A DNA stretch of 64,000 nucleotides from Escherichia phage 4E8. This document shows positions 9,609 through 20,136 of this stretch, one piece after another; position 1 is the first letter of the stretch; each line of letters starts with the position of its first letter. A program made the position numbers and the translations under genes. The notes under the pieces are model-generated. The model saw nothing but the letters and a program-made list of their open reading frames with translations. It did no database searches and had not been told where the DNA came from. Where the stretch lies: the sequence record OQ689734.1; one strand, 5' to 3'.

Positions 9609-10406
9609 ATGGATAGGATTTTAGGAGTTTCAGAACTAGACCCACTGGTTCAACAAGCTGCTAAGAAGTATGGTATTCCTGCTGCTCTTGTTCATGCGGT
9701 GATTCAGAGGGAGTCTAGTGGTAAACCCTCTGCCGCTTCAGGAACAGGGCCAGTAGGATTGATGCAGATTAGTAAAGGCTTGGCTAAAGATTATGGATAT
9801 AAACTTGAAGATAGGTTAGACCCTGCAAAGAATATTGACATGGGTGCTAGATATTTAAGAGATAACCTGAAAGCTTTTGACGGCGATGTGAGGAAGGCTT
9901 TGGTGGGGTATTCAGAAGGGACTGGTGGTGCTAAGCAAATGTTTGCTGGTAAGAAAGGGTTTACACCTCAAGCTTTAGATTCAATGAATAATAAGCTGTT
10001 CCTACCATTCTTTGATAAGAATACAGCAGCGGCACAAGTGGCTAATCCTGTAGGTGCTTTGAAAGCAGTACAGCCTGTGGACCAGTTTGATTCTAATACG
10101 CTGACTAGAGAAGGTGCTGCAAACGCTCCTACTCAAGCAGAGATAGCTGCAAGCAAGGCTGGAGCTTTAGGTGGTCGTCCTGTAGAGTTTTACTCTGATG
10201 AACAATCTACTGGGGAAAATCAAAAACCTCAACAGAACTTTGGAAATGCTGTATTGGCAGCTGCTTCTATGCTTGCAGGAAAACAGCCTAACTCTCAAAC
10301 CGTACAGAGAGCACATGCCCCTACTCAAGCAGGTTCTCGATACAGTCCACAAACACAAGCCGTGCTGAGACGTTTGTCTAGCATAGGTACTGATATTTAC
10401 AGATAA
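9609..10406 (+). CDS. lytic transglycosylase (SLT domain), probably virion-associated
   Basis: AAGGAGAGG RBS; motif VIQRESSGKPSAASGTGPVGLMQI (catalytic Glu-Ser ... G-x-MQ). Confidence 0.8.
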   Translation: MDRILGVSELDPLVQQAAKKYGIPAALVHAVIQRESSGKPSAASGTGPVGLMQISKGLAKDYGYKLEDRLDPAKNIDMGARYLRDNLKAFDGDVRKALVGYSEGTGGAKQMFAGKKGFTPQALDSMNNKLFLPFFDKNTAAAQVANPVGALKAVQPVDQFDSNTLTREGAANAPTQAEIAASKAGALGGRPVEFYSDEQSTGENQKPQQNFGNAVLAAASMLAGKQPNSQTVQRAHAPTQAGSRYSPQTQAVLRRLSSIGTDIYR

Positions 10407-10415
10407 GGAGGACGT

Positions 10416-11468
10416 ATGTCTCTTTTCGGTTCTGCTCCTAAATCTAAGACTACGGTAGCTCCGTCTTCTCAGGTTGATGCTCTTCTGAAACAGATTGTAG
10501 CAAATGCTCAGGCTATGAATCAAAACGATCAAGGTTTTATTGGTCGTAACGTAGCGGGTTTTAATGAAAACCAAACAGCAGCTCTTTCTAATTTAGCAAA
10601 TTCTAACACACTCAACCAACTCAGTCAGATGTACACCCCTAGAACTCAACAAGGGTTGGACCAGATGAATGAGTTGGCTCAGAAATATCAAAACCTAGTT
10701 AATAAAGGTGGTATCACTGCTCAGGATGTTAATAATTTTAGCTCTGGATTGAATAGCTCTGCTTTAGCTAAGTCTACAGGTAAAGCTGCTGCTAATGTAT
10801 CTCTTGGTAATGGTTCTGATTCAGGTTCTCTTAGACGTGCTGCTGCTCAAGGTGCTGCTCTCTCTTCAGCGAATACAAACCTTTCTCGTTCTATTCAAGG
10901 TAAAAACATGGGTGTTAGCAATCTTATGAATAACAACTCCTATCAGCAAGGTTTGCTCAATGCTCAATCGGGTCTAGCAAATCAGAATCTGAATCTAGGA
11001 GCTGCTGGGGTACAAGCTGGTCAACAGGCAATACAGAATCAGCTCACTGCTGGGAATCTTCAACAACAGCAAGATCAACTCCAATCTAACAACAATTGGG
11101 AGAATGCTATTGGCAATCAGCAGTATGGTTGGAATCGGCTTAACAACCAGCTTAATGTATTAAACTCAGTAAGCCCAATGGCTGGGTACACCATTACTAA
11201 CAAAGGTGCTGCCCCTAATGTTTCACAACAAATCCTTGGTGCTGGGGTTACTGGTCTTGGTATTGCTGGACGTCTAGGTGCTTTTACCCCTAATCAGCAA
11301 ACTACTAATGCTTGGAACTCATACAATGCTTCTGGAGGTCAAGCTGGGATGGCTGGTCCTATGATTGGTGGCTCAAACCTGTCTCAACAGAATGGTCAGA
11401 GCAACTGGTTATCTACCGCAGGAAGTAATATCTTAGGTGGTGTTCTAGGAGCCTTTGGAGCAAATTAA
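10416..11468 (+). CDS. Q/N-rich internal virion protein, paralog 1
   Basis: AAGGAGG RBS; MSLFGSAPKSKTT N-terminus; Gln/Asn-rich; Gly-rich C-terminus. Confidence 0.7.
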   Translation: MSLFGSAPKSKTTVAPSSQVDALLKQIVANAQAMNQNDQGFIGRNVAGFNENQTAALSNLANSNTLNQLSQMYTPRTQQGLDQMNELAQKYQNLVNKGGITAQDVNNFSSGLNSSALAKSTGKAAANVSLGNGSDSGSLRRAAAQGAALSSANTNLSRSIQGKNMGVSNLMNNNSYQQGLLNAQSGLANQNLNLGAAGVQAGQQAIQNQLTAGNLQQQQDQLQSNNNWENAIGNQQYGWNRLNNQLNVLNSVSPMAGYTITNKGAAPNVSQQILGAGVTGLGIAGRLGAFTPNQQTTNAWNSYNASGGQAGMAGPMIGGSNLSQQNGQSNWLSTAGSNILGGVLGAFGAN

Positions 11469-11477
11469 GGAGGAGCT

Positions 11478-12446
11478 ATGGCTTTATTCGGTGGTGGGAG
11501 TAGCAAGACTACTTCTAAAATGACAAGACCTGACTACATTCAGTCCTATATTGATCAGTTGGTCAATCAGGTTAATAACACTAGTTCAGGCGATTATGTG
11601 TATCGAGAAAATGTTGGACTTAATCAAAACCAGCAAGAAGCTCTGAACAATCTATCACAATCTGGTGCATTAGGTGCACTTTCTTCTCAGTATATGGATG
11701 CTGCTCAATCTGGCTTAGGTTATCTAGATAACGCATACTCTGGATATAACAACCTATCTAACTCTGGTCAAATCACTGGAGAACAGATTGGTGCTCTTGC
11801 AGGCCAGCTCTATGACGACGAGGCTGTGCAAGCAGCTATTGCAGCGAATAATGAACAAACCCAACAGAGTTTGGCTAGGAATGCACTTCCTCAAATCTCT
11901 CAGCAGTTTGCTGGTCAGCAAGGTTCTGGTGCACGTATGGCTAAATCTTTTGCTCAGGGTGATGCTCTGAACCAGATGCAGAACACAGCAACTAATATTA
12001 CTAATAGTGCCTATGACTCCGCTCTAACCCAAGCACAGAACATTCTTTCTGGTAATAGACAAACACAAGCATCTGCTTTAGGTGGTTTATCTAACATTGG
12101 CTCCAATCTTGCTAATCTAGGAAACCAAGCTGGTCAGTTATCACAACAGCAAATGATGAATCAGTGGAATGCAGGACTGCAACAGCAGCAACAACAGCAA
12201 TCTGATTTGAACAATGCTTATGAGAATGCTCAGAATGCTGCTAATTGGGGTTGGCAGGATATTAACAATCAACTAGGTGCTGCCGGGGTTCTTAATGGGG
12301 CTTTAGGGACAACCACAACTACTAAAACATCTGGTGGTAGTGGAGGCTTCCTAGGTGGTGCTGCGAGTGGTGCTGCTGCTGGTTCAGCTTTTGGCCCTTG
12401 GGGTGCTTTAGCTGGCGGTGTTATCGGTGGATTAGCTAGCTCTTAA
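11478..12446 (+). CDS. Q/N-rich internal virion protein, paralog 2
   Basis: AAGGAGG RBS; MALFGGGSSKTTS N-terminus aligns with paralog 1 (shared NVAGFNENQ / NVGLNQNQ block). Confidence 0.7.
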   Translation: MALFGGGSSKTTSKMTRPDYIQSYIDQLVNQVNNTSSGDYVYRENVGLNQNQQEALNNLSQSGALGALSSQYMDAAQSGLGYLDNAYSGYNNLSNSGQITGEQIGALAGQLYDDEAVQAAIAANNEQTQQSLARNALPQISQQFAGQQGSGARMAKSFAQGDALNQMQNTATNITNSAYDSALTQAQNILSGNRQTQASALGGLSNIGSNLANLGNQAGQLSQQQMMNQWNAGLQQQQQQQSDLNNAYENAQNAANWGWQDINNQLGAAGVLNGALGTTTTTKTSGGSGGFLGGAASGAAAGSAFGPWGALAGGVIGGLASS

Positions 12447-12460
12447 TTAGGAGAATAATT

Positions 12461-14128
12461 ATGCAACAAACTTCTTATGCGTATCTTCGCAGTCAAGACC
12501 CAAGAAATCAGATTTATGGTGTTAAACAAGGGGCCGCTTCGGCCTCTCCATACATGGCAAGACCTGCTTATCCAGCTGCTGATGTTTCTATGTATAACCG
12601 GAGACCTCCTGCTTCTCCTGTAGGTTTGTCTTCTCTTGTTGCCAATGCTCAAGAAGACCAAGAAGCTATGTTAAATCCGGGATTTAGACAGCGCCTTATG
12701 GAAGCAGAGAATCAAGGAACTCCTACAAGCCTTCAGGGTATTGATATTGGTGAACCAGCTCCTGCTATGAATAACCCAGATCTATCCTCTGATGAGGGTC
12801 TACAAGCTGCTGGGTTGATGCCTAGTGACCCACTTCCTGTTACTCCTCCTCGTAAACCTCTGGAAGAAACAGATAAAGAGTTCTCTCCAGTTCAAGTGGA
12901 ACAGGCTCAGAATGTTATTAACACTTTAGCTAATAGTAATCCAGCTCCTGAAGGTATGGCTGGTGCAACTCGTGCTAAAGACCAAGAACGTATTAATAAT
13001 GATATTATGGAAGTAGCTAAAGCTAAAGACCCAGCACAAGCTTGGAATGAGCTTCAGAAGCAACCGTTCTATCAGAAGTCTAGTTTCTACACTGGCTTAA
13101 TGGGTGTTGGTCTTTCTATCATGTCAGGTAAATCCCCTATTGAAGCTTTCCAGATTGGTTCTGGCTTAGCTGCTCAGGATGAAACTAAACAACAACTAGA
13201 AGCCAATCGCGATGCTCTGTTAGAACAAGGCTACTCTCAAGATTCAGTTGCTGCTGCAATTGCTTCGGGAGATCCTTCTCTTCTCAAGATGCGTCAGATG
13301 AGTCCTCAGGAGAAAATGGCTCTTGCTGCTCAGGATGAAGAACGTGCCAATCGTGAGTGGGATAGACGTCAACAGATTCAAGAGAATTCGATGCGGGAAC
13401 GTGCTGCTGAAACTCGTCGTGCTGCTGAAGAACGTGCTAATGCTCAGTTCGAGAAACAGAAAGAACTTATTGGATATCGTGATCAAGTTAAAGCAGAGCG
13501 TGCAGAGAAAGCTGCTCAGAGCTTTACTTTCAACCCTAAAGAAGTTCGTCTGGCTCAGAATACAGCAGAAGGTACTGTTGCTAAACAGTGGGCAGAAAAA
13601 GCAGGTCTGTTTAATCAGTCTCACAAAGACTTGGATTTAGCTGACAAAGCTATTAAAGATAAGGATTATCAAACTGCTCGTTCTGCTTACATGCAGGCTA
13701 TCATGAACTCCGCAAGGGCAGAAATTGGTGCTAACCGCTCTCTCCAAGCTGATGACTTGGCTCACTTTGCAGAAGACCCGTCAATCTTTGTTAAGGTTGG
13801 TAATACTTGGTCCCTTAAAGCAGGTTATCGTCCTTCTGATGCTGCTCTATCATACGCTCGTAAGCAGGCAACTGTTGGTGCTACTTCCGCTGAGAAAGGT
13901 GTGAAGGATGCTAAGAAAGCAACGATCGAAGCGTATATCGGCTCTGGTATGGATAAGAAACGAGCGACAGCTCTTGTCAACCGTGCTATTCCTTCTGCTG
14001 GTTTCTATGACCCATTCGGTACGTTTGAGAGTGAAGCTGAAGCAGCTGTTGGTGGAGATGCTACAAATCCTCGACTAACAGGTGCTCTTTCTTCTTCAGC
14101 GGCAGATACGAGTTGGATGTTCCAGTAA
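12461..14128 (+). CDS. internal virion protein
   Basis: AGGAGA RBS; Pro/Ala-rich N-terminal half, charged coiled-coil C-terminal half. Confidence 0.7.
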   Translation: MQQTSYAYLRSQDPRNQIYGVKQGAASASPYMARPAYPAADVSMYNRRPPASPVGLSSLVANAQEDQEAMLNPGFRQRLMEAENQGTPTSLQGIDIGEPAPAMNNPDLSSDEGLQAAGLMPSDPLPVTPPRKPLEETDKEFSPVQVEQAQNVINTLANSNPAPEGMAGATRAKDQERINNDIMEVAKAKDPAQAWNELQKQPFYQKSSFYTGLMGVGLSIMSGKSPIEAFQIGSGLAAQDETKQQLEANRDALLEQGYSQDSVAAAIASGDPSLLKMRQMSPQEKMALAAQDEERANREWDRRQQIQENSMRERAAETRRAAEERANAQFEKQKELIGYRDQVKAERAEKAAQSFTFNPKEVRLAQNTAEGTVAKQWAEKAGLFNQSHKDLDLADKAIKDKDYQTARSAYMQAIMNSARAEIGANRSLQADDLAHFAEDPSIFVKVGNTWSLKAGYRPSDAALSYARKQATVGATSAEKGVKDAKKATIEAYIGSGMDKKRATALVNRAIPSAGFYDPFGTFESEAEAAVGGDATNPRLTGALSSSAADTSWMFQ

Positions 14129-14153
14129 TCTAAGACCTAAGTCCTATCTCTTA

Positions 14154-14164
14154 TAATGTATATA
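14154..14164 (+). promoter_or_regulatory. TAATGTATATA motif, candidate phage-sigma-dependent promoter element
   Basis: exact motif ~35 nt upstream of the 1481-aa gene start; same 11-mer recurs at 23855 (+) and 23782 (-), near-copies at 30561 (-) and 35382 (-). Confidence 0.4.
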
Positions 14165-14198
14165 GGAGGTAGGACATTTTTATTTATAAGGAGACGTT

Positions 14199-17100
14199 AT
14201 GGCTAATTTAAAATCGTGGGAAGAAGCTTCCAAAGCTCCTGCGTATCTGAATGCCTCTCCAGAGCAACAGGCTCAAATGAGAGAACAATACAAGGCAGCA
14301 GGGGGCACTATTCCTGAGACTCAACCACAAGAGCAACCACAACAAGAAGAACGAGGTGTTATTGGGGAGTTTGCTCAAGGTGTGTCTAACGCTCTTCAAT
14401 CAGGTGGTGCTAACATTGCAGCTAGTGCTGCTAAAGGTTTAGGTGGGCTGGTAGAGATTGGTGAAAACCTAACTGGTTCGGAAACAAGCTATGGTAAGCG
14501 CATTCAAGAGAACTCTAAGCAATTGCTGGAAGAACGCTTATCCAAGATAGAAGATGGTTTTGGTAAAACAGCTGGCCAGTATGCTGGTGTTGCTGCTGAT
14601 ATTGGTTTGACAGTTGCAAACCCTGCTGTTGCTGCTGCTGTTATCGCAGCTCGTGAAACAGGTCGTGCTTATGCTGATCAAACTCCTAAAGAAGATGAAG
14701 ATAAGTCAATCTTAGATGCTGCTCTTGTTGGTGGTGCTAACTACGCTGCTCAGAAGATACTTCCGGGCATGACTGGTACAGCTTCTACTACTCTAGGTCG
14801 TGTAGGACAAAGCGTAGCCTCTAACGCGGTTGCTGGTGCTAAGGGTGGTGCTATTGTTGGTGCTGCTGAAGCTCAGAACAAATATGGAGATGATACTACT
14901 CTAGCTAATGTCTTGGAAGGGGCTATTGAAGAAGGTGCACTCGGTGCCGCTTATGGTGGGGCGATTGGTGGGGTTCATGGGTTAATAAGTCGTCCTAGTC
15001 CTCAAGTGTTTGATCGTACTCCTGAGCATGTTAAGACTGACATTGCTGCTGAAGATGAGGCTATTCGTAAAGCTGCTAACGCTGATGAACTTCGTGAAGC
15101 CTATGCTAAAGCTGAGAATGCTAATGCTGCCTCTGCTTTAAACCTTCTGGATGAAAATGGTTTCCGAATCACAGATGCAGTTGCTATGGACTCTCCTGCT
15201 GTTCAGCGTATCTTAAATACAGACCAAAGTCGTGCAGAGAAGGCTGCTACGGTTCAGAAAGATAGCTCTAACGTTCCCGGTCTTAATCCTTTAGCTTCTC
15301 CTAAGAAGACTCAAGGTAAAGCTTTTGCTGACAATGAATACAACCAGAAACAAGCTGTGGCAATGAAAGATGCAATGGCTGACTACACTAAAGATAACAC
15401 CAAAGCCCTTACTGATGTTCTAGACAATCTAGACCGAGAGTTAGTAGCTCTGAGAGCAAGTGGTGATTTTACTGGTAGTGCTATTGACATTAAAAACCGT
15501 ACTCAAGCTGATCGTGATTTTATTGATGCTTATAAAACTTTTTACAGTGAAGCTAATCGTTTCAAAGCTCGTGATGGTGAAGACCTAAACAACTTCATTG
15601 ATAAAGCTACTCAGTTGCAGAAGCTCTCTGAAAATGTTTCTCCAGAAATGAAGAAGGCCATTGGTGGATTAAAGAAACTAAAAGGTATGCCTGAAGGTTT
15701 TAACCCTATCCAAGATGCTTTCACTCTGAATAATACAGCTAAGTTCATGAGTAACCAAGACCGTGGTTGGACCTCTCTGACTGATGACGGTTTTCGTGAA
15801 GCTCCGGCTCCTGTGTTAGTTAAGAATCCTCTCGGTGCAGCCAAGTATGTACTTAACCGCTTTACTTCCGATCGTGCTCGTGCTCAACGTGAGAAGCAAC
15901 AGTCAGCTAATAGTGAAGCTATCCGCTCTTTGGCTAGGGCTGATTTAGAAGTACAACGAGCTAGGACTCAGGCTGAAGAAGCAAGAGCAAAAATGGAAGA
16001 AGAACCAACCACAGAAGACATCAAATTCCGTACTCAAAATGATGCACCTTCCGAACCGGTTCGTGAGGAGCCTTCTGCTACTACTGTGACGGAAGAAATT
16101 CCTTCCTCTCCAGCTCCAACTGAAACACCTCTTACTGCGAGGGATTTGGTTGCTCAAAGACGTGCTCTCCAACAAGCAGAGCTTAGACGTCAAGAAGCTG
16201 AAGCTGCTCAGGCTCAAGAAAGTGCTACACCAGAACCTGAACCACAGCAAGAAGCTCTTACAGCTAGAGAATTAGTAGCTCAGCGTAGGGCTGTAGCAGA
16301 GGCTAAGAAACGTCAAGAGGCAGAAGAAGCAGAACGTGCTAAAGAAGCTCCTGAGGAAGCCGTAGAAGAGCCTAAAGAGAAACCTGAGCCATTACCTGCT
16401 CGTGCTCCTAAAGCTCCTGAGAAGGCTCCTGAGCCTGTTAAACCGTCACTTGGTGTAGAGCGTCTAGCTTCTATGTCAACTGCTGCTCGTCAAGCAACGA
16501 AAGACCGTGCTGATCGATTTGCTCGTTCTTTGTATTCGGCTGCTGCTAAAGCTAAAGCCACTGCGGAAAACTTCCTTTCTTACAAAGGAGATCCTAAAGA
16601 GCTTATGCGTCGTATCCGTCAGGAAGACCAAGCAAACAACACACAGCGTCATGAAGAGATGGCTAGAAATCAACTAGCTTCTCAGCAAGGCATTGCTTCT
16701 GCTAAATCTCAACATGTTCGTGCTTCTTTTGCTGATTGGGTGAAAGAACGTGGGTTGCCTTCTGATATCGCTACTAAAGCCTTACGGGCTGAAGAGAAAG
16801 GTTTAGGTGGGAACGTCACAAGTCTAGATTCACTGAAGCGAAGAGCTGAGCGTTTATATCAGAAACAAAGAGATGATGAGTTTGACCGCCTCTATCGAGA
16901 GGCTCTGGAAGAGAATAAAGCTTTTGATAAGAGAGATGCTCCTAAACTGGTAGACCAGAAGAAAGAGCTTCAGGATGAAATTGGTGCGTTGCTTGATGCT
17001 GAACCGTTACGTCCTGCTCAGAAAGATGCTATGCGTAGGATTATGGAAGACTTCGTGGAGAGTAAGTTTAAATCTTCAGAGAGAGCTGGAAGGGTTGAGG

Positions 17101-18644
17101 CTTTGGAAGTTGGTCAGATGAAGGATGTGTGGGATGGGTTTATTAATACCTATAACCGAGAAGTTAACATGTTCAACAAGGCTAACAAGAATTCTCAATA
17201 CGAAGCAGCAGCTAAACACTTGCAAGCACGTCAAGAACGTCTTGAGACGCTCCGTAACAGAGCTAAAGCTCGCAGTGATGCTAAGGCAGCCATGGAGGCT
17301 GAGAAGCAGTCCTTGGAGGCTATAGCGGCTCAGAAATCAGAGATAGAGAAGATGTTCAAAGAATTGCCTGAAAGTGTCAGAGAGGCTCAGGAAGGGCGTA
17401 CTTTGAAACAGCTTGCTGCTCACCATGATAAGAACTCTCCAGTACCACCAGAGCGTTTCCGTAGTATCATTGAACGTATTCACAACGCTGAGAGTGATTA
17501 CCTCGATCGCAAACGTCGTTTGACCGAAGCAGAGGAAGATGCTCGTGAAGCTAAGTGGAATAGGATGTATGAACAGGCTGAGGAAATGAACCGTAAGTTT
17601 GATATCGACTCTAGAGTGAAGAGAGATAAGGCTCTGAAGGAAGCTCAAGAACGAGAGAATGACTTAATGGCAGTTCAACGTCAGCGTGATGACATTCATA
17701 AGCGTTTAGTCAATACTCTGGAAGAGAAGGGAGTTTCTAGGGAAGATGCTGAAGCGTATGCTGGGTCTTACATGGATAATCGGTATGCTTTGTTAGAGAA
17801 ACCAATGACTCCAGTGGAACATCAGAATGCTCGTGCTCGTATTGAATCTGACGTAGAGAAGTTTGTTAAGAAATACGAAACAGCTACTCCAATCGAAAGA
17901 GAGATTGCTAAAGCAACTGGTGATGCAGATGGAAAACCTTCTGACTTAGATGCAGAAACATTAAAAGCTATTGAAGATGCTCGTAAAGTTGATTCCGATT
18001 TTAAGAAACTCTTAGATGAAGAGAAGGAAATGGAGAAGATTCGTTCAGCTCTACCTGAAGATGAAAGATCTCAGGCGAACTCTGATATTCTGGAAAGTAT
18101 TAAGAAACAGGAAGATGATTTTGCTAGCAAAGCAGAGAAAGCTTTTATTGAAGGGAAAGATTTGCAGGAGTTAGCAAGTGTTGCAGAAGTTCTAGATAGG
18201 GTTCATGGTGCAGACAAGGCTGGTAACAACCGTCGATTTGTACGTGCTCTACAGACTGCTGCCGAGAACAAGAAACGTTATGGGGATAATCCAGTGGCTT
18301 GGTTTAGTGCTGATGATTACTCTGCTATTGCGAAACTTGGTGCTGCTTCGGCAGGTGGTAACAAATCTCGAGCACTTGAGAAAATCTTTGGTTCTACAGC
18401 AGAACAAGCTAAAGGGAAACTTTTAGGGCGGGATGATGTAGCTAAGATTAGACGTGTGATTGAAGCGAATCCCAATGTTAAGATTCCTTCTTACAAGACA
18501 ACTACTCGACAAGAGTACATGCAGTTCTTGGAGAAGTATAATGACGAGGGAGAGTTGAAAGTCAAACGTGGTTCTCTGTCTGACAAGTTGGAGAGAGGTA
18601 AGCGTCAAGCTAAACTCCGTGTTAGAGTTCGAGCTAAGGAGTAA
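14199..18644 (+). CDS. large internal virion / ejection protein (1481 aa)
   Basis: AAGGAGA RBS; very long Ala/Glu/Lys/Arg-rich coiled-coil protein; internal tandem repeat LTAR[DE]LVAQRRA...RQEAE at ~16130-16330. Confidence 0.8.
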   Translation: MANLKSWEEASKAPAYLNASPEQQAQMREQYKAAGGTIPETQPQEQPQQEERGVIGEFAQGVSNALQSGGANIAASAAKGLGGLVEIGENLTGSETSYGKRIQENSKQLLEERLSKIEDGFGKTAGQYAGVAADIGLTVANPAVAAAVIAARETGRAYADQTPKEDEDKSILDAALVGGANYAAQKILPGMTGTASTTLGRVGQSVASNAVAGAKGGAIVGAAEAQNKYGDDTTLANVLEGAIEEGALGAAYGGAIGGVHGLISRPSPQVFDRTPEHVKTDIAAEDEAIRKAANADELREAYAKAENANAASALNLLDENGFRITDAVAMDSPAVQRILNTDQSRAEKAATVQKDSSNVPGLNPLASPKKTQGKAFADNEYNQKQAVAMKDAMADYTKDNTKALTDVLDNLDRELVALRASGDFTGSAIDIKNRTQADRDFIDAYKTFYSEANRFKARDGEDLNNFIDKATQLQKLSENVSPEMKKAIGGLKKLKGMPEGFNPIQDAFTLNNTAKFMSNQDRGWTSLTDDGFREAPAPVLVKNPLGAAKYVLNRFTSDRARAQREKQQSANSEAIRSLARADLEVQRARTQAEEARAKMEEEPTTEDIKFRTQNDAPSEPVREEPSATTVTEEIPSSPAPTETPLTARDLVAQRRALQQAELRRQEAEAAQAQESATPEPEPQQEALTARELVAQRRAVAEAKKRQEAEEAERAKEAPEEAVEEPKEKPEPLPARAPKAPEKAPEPVKPSLGVERLASMSTAARQATKDRADRFARSLYSAAAKAKATAENFLSYKGDPKELMRRIRQEDQANNTQRHEEMARNQLASQQGIASAKSQHVRASFADWVKERGLPSDIATKALRAEEKGLGGNVTSLDSLKRRAERLYQKQRDDEFDRLYREALEENKAFDKRDAPKLVDQKKELQDEIGALLDAEPLRPAQKDAMRRIMEDFVESKFKSSERAGRVEALEVGQMKDVWDGFINTYNREVNMFNKANKNSQYEAAAKHLQARQERLETLRNRAKARSDAKAAMEAEKQSLEAIAAQKSEIEKMFKELPESVREAQEGRTLKQLAAHHDKNSPVPPERFRSIIERIHNAESDYLDRKRRLTEAEEDAREAKWNRMYEQAEEMNRKFDIDSRVKRDKALKEAQERENDLMAVQRQRDDIHKRLVNTLEEKGVSREDAEAYAGSYMDNRYALLEKPMTPVEHQNARARIESDVEKFVKKYETATPIEREIAKATGDADGKPSDLDAETLKAIEDARKVDSDFKKLLDEEKEMEKIRSALPEDERSQANSDILESIKKQEDDFASKAEKAFIEGKDLQELASVAEVLDRVHGADKAGNNRRFVRALQTAAENKKRYGDNPVAWFSADDYSAIAKLGAASAGGNKSRALEKIFGSTAEQAKGKLLGRDDVAKIRRVIEANPNVKIPSYKTTTRQEYMQFLEKYNDEGELKVKRGSLSDKLERGKRQAKLRVRVRAKE

Positions 18645-18650
18645 ACAAGA

Positions 18651-18693
18651 GAAGCCCCCTTCCTGTAAAAAGGAAGGGGGCTTCTTTATTTCT
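18651..18693 (+). terminator. strong rho-independent terminator at convergence point (probably bidirectional)
   Basis: gaagcccccttcct-gtaaaa-aggaagggggcttc 14-bp stem followed by TTTATTTCT; A-run on other side. Confidence 0.65.
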
Positions 18694-18761
18694 AGATGTT
18701 AGAATCCATCAAATTCATCATACATCCCAATTTTCTTCTTCAAAGTCAATCATAAAACCTC

Positions 18762-19001
18762 CTAGATTAAATCGTAATACTTAATAATATCAGAGAGCTT
18801 AAACTCTCTAATGTCATTCTTGTCATTATCCCAAGCGGTCATTATCCAACAAGGTTTGCCCCCATTATGATAACGGGAAGAAGCAACTGAGGTTCGTATA
18901 GGAATAACGGAGCGGTCTGCAATCTCGCCTCTCCAGTTACGATAGCTAAAGCGAAGAGTTTGTTTCGTAGATACTTGATCATTTGTGCTTTCCTTGTTCA
19001 T
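18762..19001 (-). CDS. hypothetical protein
   Basis: ORF track gives 18762-19121 but that overlaps the upstream HNH gene by 98 nt; internal Met gives a non-overlapping start. Confidence 0.45.
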   Translation of the reverse strand: MNKESTNDQVSTKQTLRFSYRNWRGEIADRSVIPIRTSVASSRYHNGGKPCWIMTAWDNDKNDIREFKLSDIIKYYDLI

Positions 19002-19023
19002 GGATTCAAAGACTTCCTTTTCT

Positions 19024-19428
19024 TCAGGAGTCTCTAGATTTTTTAAATTCGCGTCTTGCATCGTTTTCTTCCTTAGTTTTAATCTTATGGCAGGGTTCTT
19101 TACACAAGACTTGAAAGCCATCTACTTCAACCAAAGCTCTTTCGATGATTTCATCCCAAGATGCTTCATGGTCCACTGGAACAATGGGATTGATGTGGTC
19201 AACAGCTACTTCCTTAAGAGGGTAGTCATTACCACACATGGCACACTTATAGTGCATTGCCAGCTTACCAGTCTTAGGGTTGATCTTGCGTTCTGTCTGA
19301 GCTTCTTTAAGAGAGTCAAACATAGGCTTCCACTTTCTAGTCAGAGAACGAATCCCTGACTTGATGAAGGAATTGTAACGTGCTTCAGTCCATGTCCCAG
19401 AGCACCTAGTCTTCTCAGCCTTCGCCAT
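19024..19428 (-). CDS. HNH endonuclease
   Basis: CAMCG...VDHINPIVPVDHE...LCKEPCH zinc/HNH motif; first ~56 codons of the track ORF look out of frame, start moved to MAKAEK. Confidence 0.65.
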   Translation of the reverse strand: MAKAEKTRCSGTWTEARYNSFIKSGIRSLTRKWKPMFDSLKEAQTERKINPKTGKLAMHYKCAMCGNDYPLKEVAVDHINPIVPVDHEASWDEIIERALVEVDGFQVLCKEPCHKIKTKEENDARREFKKSRDS

Positions 19429-19606
19429 AACCAACATCCATATCAGCATCTTCCCAAATACGTTTGTTAATACGATGTGATTCTTTTTCAGCACGAGGGA
19501 TACGTCCAGTACGACGATCAAATGCTTGATGTTTAATCTTCTGGTCTTTGCGAGACTCACGATTAGAGGAATTTTCATCATACGAACGATAATCAAACTT
19601 ACCCAT
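19415..19606 (-). CDS. small basic hypothetical protein
   Basis: Arg/Lys-rich 63-aa ORF, start overlaps stop of upstream gene. Confidence 0.45.
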   Translation of the reverse strand: MGKFDYRSYDENSSNRESRKDQKIKHQAFDRRTGRIPRAEKESHRINKRIWEDADMDVGYGEG

Positions 19607-20136
19607 TATTCAGTTCCTTCTGTTTTTAAGTAATCACGATCCATATAGTAGGTTTTAACGGAATCTTGAGATGGTGTTGGGTCAAAAACTACCAACATAC
19701 TCCCTTTTGTGTTTCCGTTAACAGGGACTCTAGTATCAGCTCTTACAAAACTAATACGTCCTCCTGTTATAAACATTATACTATTAGCATTTATCCTACA
19801 CTTATCAAACCATCGAACTGAAGTATCCGCTGGAATAAGTAGAACTGTTCCAACATTGTGGTCCTGTTGATTTCTAATTGCCAAGTCAACCCACGGTCCA
19901 ATATCTGAATATGGTGGATTACACCAAACATAACTACCTCTAAACACTTCAAAGTCATAAGTCAGAGCATTATCTTCCTCTGATATGAAAGTGCTAACTA
20001 GGTGATTGTCTTGACTTGCTGCAATATCACATACGAAGTGTTTATTCTTATTAACATAATTAAACAACCACTGAGGTGTTTGCCACAAATCTCTTATATC
20101 TACCGGAGTGTGTGAGCTTCTATAATCTGTTACCAT
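19606..20136 (-). CDS. dam: DNA N6-adenine methyltransferase (phage Dam-type)
   Basis: motifs WQTPQWLF and VWCNPPYS (NPPY catalytic motif IV). Confidence 0.8.
   Translation of the reverse strand: MVTDYRSSHTPVDIRDLWQTPQWLFNYVNKNKHFVCDIAASQDNHLVSTFISEEDNALTYDFEVFRGSYVWCNPPYSDIGPWVDLAIRNQQDHNVGTVLLIPADTSVRWFDKCRINANSIMFITGGRISFVRADTRVPVNGNTKGSMLVVFDPTPSQDSVKTYYMDRDYLKTEGTE

Noticed and set aside
18985-19359. Plus-strand ORF antisense to the HNH gene region
   Set aside because: Antisense shadow of minus-strand genes in a block that is uniformly minus-strand coding.
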